64,000 nucleotides of DNA. It comes from Eledone cirrhosa. Lineage: Eukaryota. The stretch covers positions 2,666,001 through 2,730,000 of the forward strand of contig OZ024758.1 of the NCBI GenBank assembly GCA_964016885.1, read 5' to 3'. The position numbers were made by a program, and so were the translations under genes. The notes beneath the pieces were generated by a model. The model was not told the DNA's origin, made no database searches, and worked only from the letters and a program-made list of their open reading frames with translations. Positions within the stretch are counted from its first letter, which is position 1. Every line of letters starts with the position of its first letter. This document shows, in pieces, positions 59,416 to 64,000 of this stretch.

Positions 59416-62234
59416 TATAGAGTACTGTGACTGCTAAAACTTAATTAGATATCTAGTAGTTAAGTTTCGAGTAGTCTTGTAGTTTAATCTCAGGTAAGAC
59501 TTGTGTCAGAGCAGACCGAGTGCCTAAAGTATTTCAGATGTCACAATTTCATGTTTTTCTTGACACAAGCGACATAAAGCCACACTATCCAATATGTATT
59601 TCTTATATACTATGTTGAGCAAACCCTTTAACACTTTTATTTGTAGCCACAGAAAGAAATGAGCATTAAACATTTTCATTTTCTTTCGGTACACTTTCAT
59701 ATTTGTAGCTAAGATAAAAATTGGTATTTGGCTCGTTCAACTTATGAAATAAGAAATATCATCTAGCATTTGTATGCTATAAGAATGTTCTGCTTTTAAT
59801 ACTATTTGGTTTGTTGTACAGTATCAAAATCAGATCTATAATTGTAAACTGAGAATGTTATTGCGTCTTCCCTAAGTAACGATAATCGATGACAAACACG
59901 TCAATTTTGATTTGCTAGAGGCGCTCATGTTGTCCCAAACTAACTTCACGCTCCTTTGCATTGATTTTAACATTTTATTTGTATGATTAGCCCGTGTGTG
60001 GGTAGGCGGGAACCGATATTGACTTTAGGTCTGGCTTGTTTGCAAAGATTTACGAAAATAACAATGAAAACCCAAGTTGATAATCAAATATTATTAAAAC
60101 CTATCTGTATAATCAAAGCAAAAAATATCAAGAAAAAAATAGATTTTATCTGTTTTTAGTTATCGAAATTTCCTGTCCATTTCTACAGTTTTTGAAAGCT
60201 TAGCATAACTTAACTCTAAGTACCCTCTTTACCTATCGTTGTCTGTCGTTTGCGCTCATTATAGGATTTAAACAAATTTGACTGTAAAGTCTCCTTCTCT
60301 CTCCATCTACCCCCTCTCCCATTCTCTATCTCTCTCTATATATGTACATACATACAAATATATACATACACATACCGATATATATATATATGTCTATCTA
60401 CCTCCCTCTCTATATATATTTATACACACGCACACCTCTCTTTCTCTCTCTCTCCCTCTATGTATAGAGTGCAAAAATAAACGGAAACAATAAATCAAAC
60501 AATGCAGTACAATGGAGAAATATATTAGTTTAGATTATTGAGGATAGTGAGAGTATTATGGTGTTGCAACAATTGTGTTGCAAAGCTTTCCCGAAGGGCC
60601 ACACCCGATAAAGACACTTTGATTACAGTCCTTAAATGCAACAATGAGAACCACAAAGAAGTAGATTGAAGAAGAAGCAAAAGCCATATGATCACGTGCT
60701 TAAAACCATTTTAAACTTTGATGGCACTAATATCTACCCGAGCCTCCATATCATGAAATCATTTGAATATGTGAACAAAATATGCCGGGCACGATAACCT
60801 CAGAATCTTTCACAGATCAACATTTTTCATCGTAAAGGCTTTTGTTAAATCCACAAAAACCTGTTACATGGTCTGTTACATGCTCTGTTGTCCTTACCCG
60901 GATTTGACGTGGTGTAAAGATCATATCAATGGTGCCTTTACAGGGCCTGAGGTTTCTGGTAGTATCAGGTTTCATATGCTATTTAGTCTTGAAATTATGA
61001 AAAATGGTAGAATTTTCCCTGTAGCACAGAGACGAGATATTTCCCTCTAACGTTCGCATTCCTCTTGTGAGCCTTAGGTCTTCTATAAAAATCATCATTG
61101 AATGTTTCTAATCCTTTGGTTCTGTACCCTCTCACCATATTTCCAGAATTAGTTCATACACACACTCATACACACAGCAACACACTCACACGAACACACT
61201 CACACACACACAGCAACACACACTCACACGAACACACGCACGCATATTATCTTTACCCTCTCACCATATTTCCAGAATTATTTCACGCACACGCACGTAC
61301 AGACTAACACGTACACACACCACACACAGAGACACAGTGTTATAAATTTTACAATGATACGCTGTTTTATTTATTCGATATTCACATAGTTTCAAAACTC
61401 TCTTAATGGAAGATGGAAGCAAACGACACTGATTTTGAATGCTGATGAATATAACATTTGTTGATATCTACTAAACCCCAGTTGTTTGATAAAGATGATT
61501 GTGATGTACTCTACATATTTGACTATTGCCTGTCTGTCTGTTTAACTATATGTTTGTCTGTCTGTCTCTCTATCTATCCGTTTATCGATCTGTTTATCTA
61601 TTTAACTCTCTCTCTCACCCTCTCTATCCGTTTATCTATTTATCTAACTACTTATCTATCCAGCTCGCTAGCCATGTTTTTATTTCTCTCTTTTCCTCAC
61701 CCCCTCTCTTTATCTATCTATTCGTTTATCTATCTATATTATCTATCTATCTATTCATCTATCTACCTATCTACCCAGCTAGCTCGCCATGTCTCTATCC
61801 TCCCCTCTCTAACTATCTCTTTGAATTGACTTTAACCTGTTAGCCTAGCTGTATATTTAAGCAAATGAGGGCTTGTTTATTTGGTTGTTCGAACCGCTGG
61901 ATATAGCAGCCAAGCATCCCTTAAATCAAAGTCTACAATGTGGGAAATGGAAGTTCAAAATGTATAACGTAGTCGAAAGTATACTTATCCCTGAATAATA
62001 TACCGGATGAACATGTCTGGGATGTCTTTGATTTTATGTTGTCTTGGAACTAAACATCAATAATTACAACTGGATATTGGACTCATCTTGTCAGATATTT
62101 ATCTCCGTATCGATCAACCCTCGACGCTGTCATATGTGAGTGTGTGTGTGTGAGAGAGAAGGGGTTGGTGGAAATTGGTTCGATCTGATTTATTCAGATT
62201 ATATAACAATGTTACCTTCACAGGATTTAAATAG

Positions 62235-62738
62235 TAATTTCTACATTTGGCTCAAGGCCAGCGATTTAAAGGGAAGAGGAAACTCGATTAAATCGACCCC
62301 AGTGCGTGACTGGTACTTTATTTTATCGACTCCGTAAGGATGAAAGGCAAAATTCACATGATTAAATAATGAACGTAAAATAACATTGAAATATTAAAGT
62401 TATTACTTACTTCTTTGATTGGTCGATAGTTAGAATCATTTGGGCTCCGGATTAATACCTTGCGGTATTTGTTCTTGCTGTTTTTAATTCTGATTTCAAT
62501 CCCTGTCGAGGTCAAATTTGACTTTCATCTTTCCGTTGTCAATAATAATTGTTTCTACATTTGGCACAAGGCCAGCAAATTACCCAGTGTATTACTGGTA
62601 CTTTATTTTATCGACCCCGGAAGGATGAAAGGCAAAGTTAACCTCGGCGGGATTTGAACTCAGAAGGTAAAGCGACGTAACTCTATGCTGTAAAGCATGG
62701 TGTCTGACGCTTTACCGATACTGGTAATTCACCACCTT
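62235..62738. mobile_element. cluster of SINE A-type copies (62235-62352 minus, 62430-62540 plus, 62541-62738 minus full length)
   Basis: Repeated CTGGTACTTTATTTTATCGAC.CCG.AAGGATGAAAGGCAAA motif and B-box. Confidence 0.75.
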
Positions 62739-62836
62739 CTATAATAATACAAAGAATGGAGGTGATTCTCCCACTTTCGTGAAAGAGACACCAATACAAA
62801 CTGCTAAACATGACAGCTAAATCTCCCTCAAACCAC

Positions 62837-62929
62837 AACTCTGCTGTTGGTGATCGAACTTTGTGGAGAGAGATATCACATGTTAATACGCTGTCTGCAA
62901 GTGGCGGCGTTTAGTGTCCCAAGAAGAAG
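62837..62929 (+). mobile_element. RTE-clade LINE extreme 3' end
   Basis: AACTCTGCTGTTGGTGATCGAACTTTGTGGAGA...GTCTGCA..TGGCGG.GTTTAG.GTC matches the reverse complement of 13335-13422. Confidence 0.75.
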
Positions 62930-63669
62930 CCTGATATGTTTTAAATGTTGTTAGATCTGGTCGAGAAAGTCAGTGGTTACTAACCGCGGCGGGAGATGCA
63001 CTCAGAACGTAAACGGTCATAACTCTTTGCCGTGAAACACTTGGACCTCGGACGCTCTACCGATACTGCCAATCCACCGTCCTAGTATTCACCAATAATT
63101 GAAATTGAAATGGTAAGGAATTGCTGGAAGATCAAAAAACCACGCAGCAGTTATACAGTGAGATAATTCAATTGTCTGCAACCCTACCAAAATGATTTGG
63201 ACCAGTGAGCGACGCTATTGTTCGCCATTCTTTAAAATATATTGATCGCTACAATTCTCTATAGCCCTAAACCGAACATTTGATCTGTTTTCAGTCTGAA
63301 TAGAGATAATCCATTGCGTCCATGTCTTAACAGACATAATGTCGGTATTATATCCTAATTCTGTTTGTGTAGCATTACAGGAAGTCTTTCCTTGGGTGTT
63401 TTCATTTTATTATATATATATATATTGTTTTTTATATATACTTTTTATAGAATCCTGATAACATTAGAACCAGTGAATAACTTCCAATATTGATTCGCCA
63501 TTAATCTTCTGGCATCCTCTATCTAATCAGTGGCGTGCCCTATTATCCCTGACCGATTGCTTTTCGTCCATTTTGTTGGGTTCCTATTTTCACATGTATT
63601 TCAAATGTTCCTTTTGTTTGTCATCATCATCATTATCTTAACCAGCATCAAAAAGTGCAGTAGCAACAT

Positions 63670-64000
63670 GTACACACACACACACACACGTACACACACA
63701 CACACACACACAGTACCATTACCACCAGCACTACATCACCTTCTCTATCGCCACCATCACCAGGACCACCACCATCATCACTACCACCTTCATCACCACT
63801 TCCACCACTAACACCAACACGACCACCACTTATCACCTCCACCAACACCAACCACCGACACTTCCATCACCACTAACACTGCAATACATCACCTCCACGA
63901 CCACCACAGCAATACCCCCCCCCCCCAACACCACAATGATCACCACTATCACCAACACCTATGATTGATCACTACCACCACCACCACCACTTATCACCGA
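63670..64000. repeat. (CA)n and (CAC/CAT)n low-complexity region
   Basis: Direct reading. Confidence 0.9.

Overview
AT-rich, repeat-saturated eukaryotic non-coding DNA (intergenic or intronic). It is most likely an octopus/cephalopod genome, inferred from the huge (TA)n/(CA)n tracts and the recurrent tRNA-derived SINE families. No host protein-coding gene can be supported: the long ORFs in the track are translations of microsatellites. The window holds many SINE copies (at least three families), short 3' fragments of RTE-, R4/Dong-like and CRE-like non-LTR retrotransposons, and hAT, Tc2/pogo and piggyBac-type MITEs. The most striking signal is a set of short elements embedded in (TA)n tracts. 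Most are fold-back inverted repeats, some with perfect 124-260 bp arms. They carry type I hammerhead ribozyme motifs (CUGANGA...GAAA..NUH closed by stem I, several followed by AATAAA) from at least four apparently unrelated sequence families, plus several half-ribozymes. This matches what is known of Penelope-like element pseudo-LTRs, but no RT/GIY-YIG ORF is present here. All calls were made by eye, without database searches.
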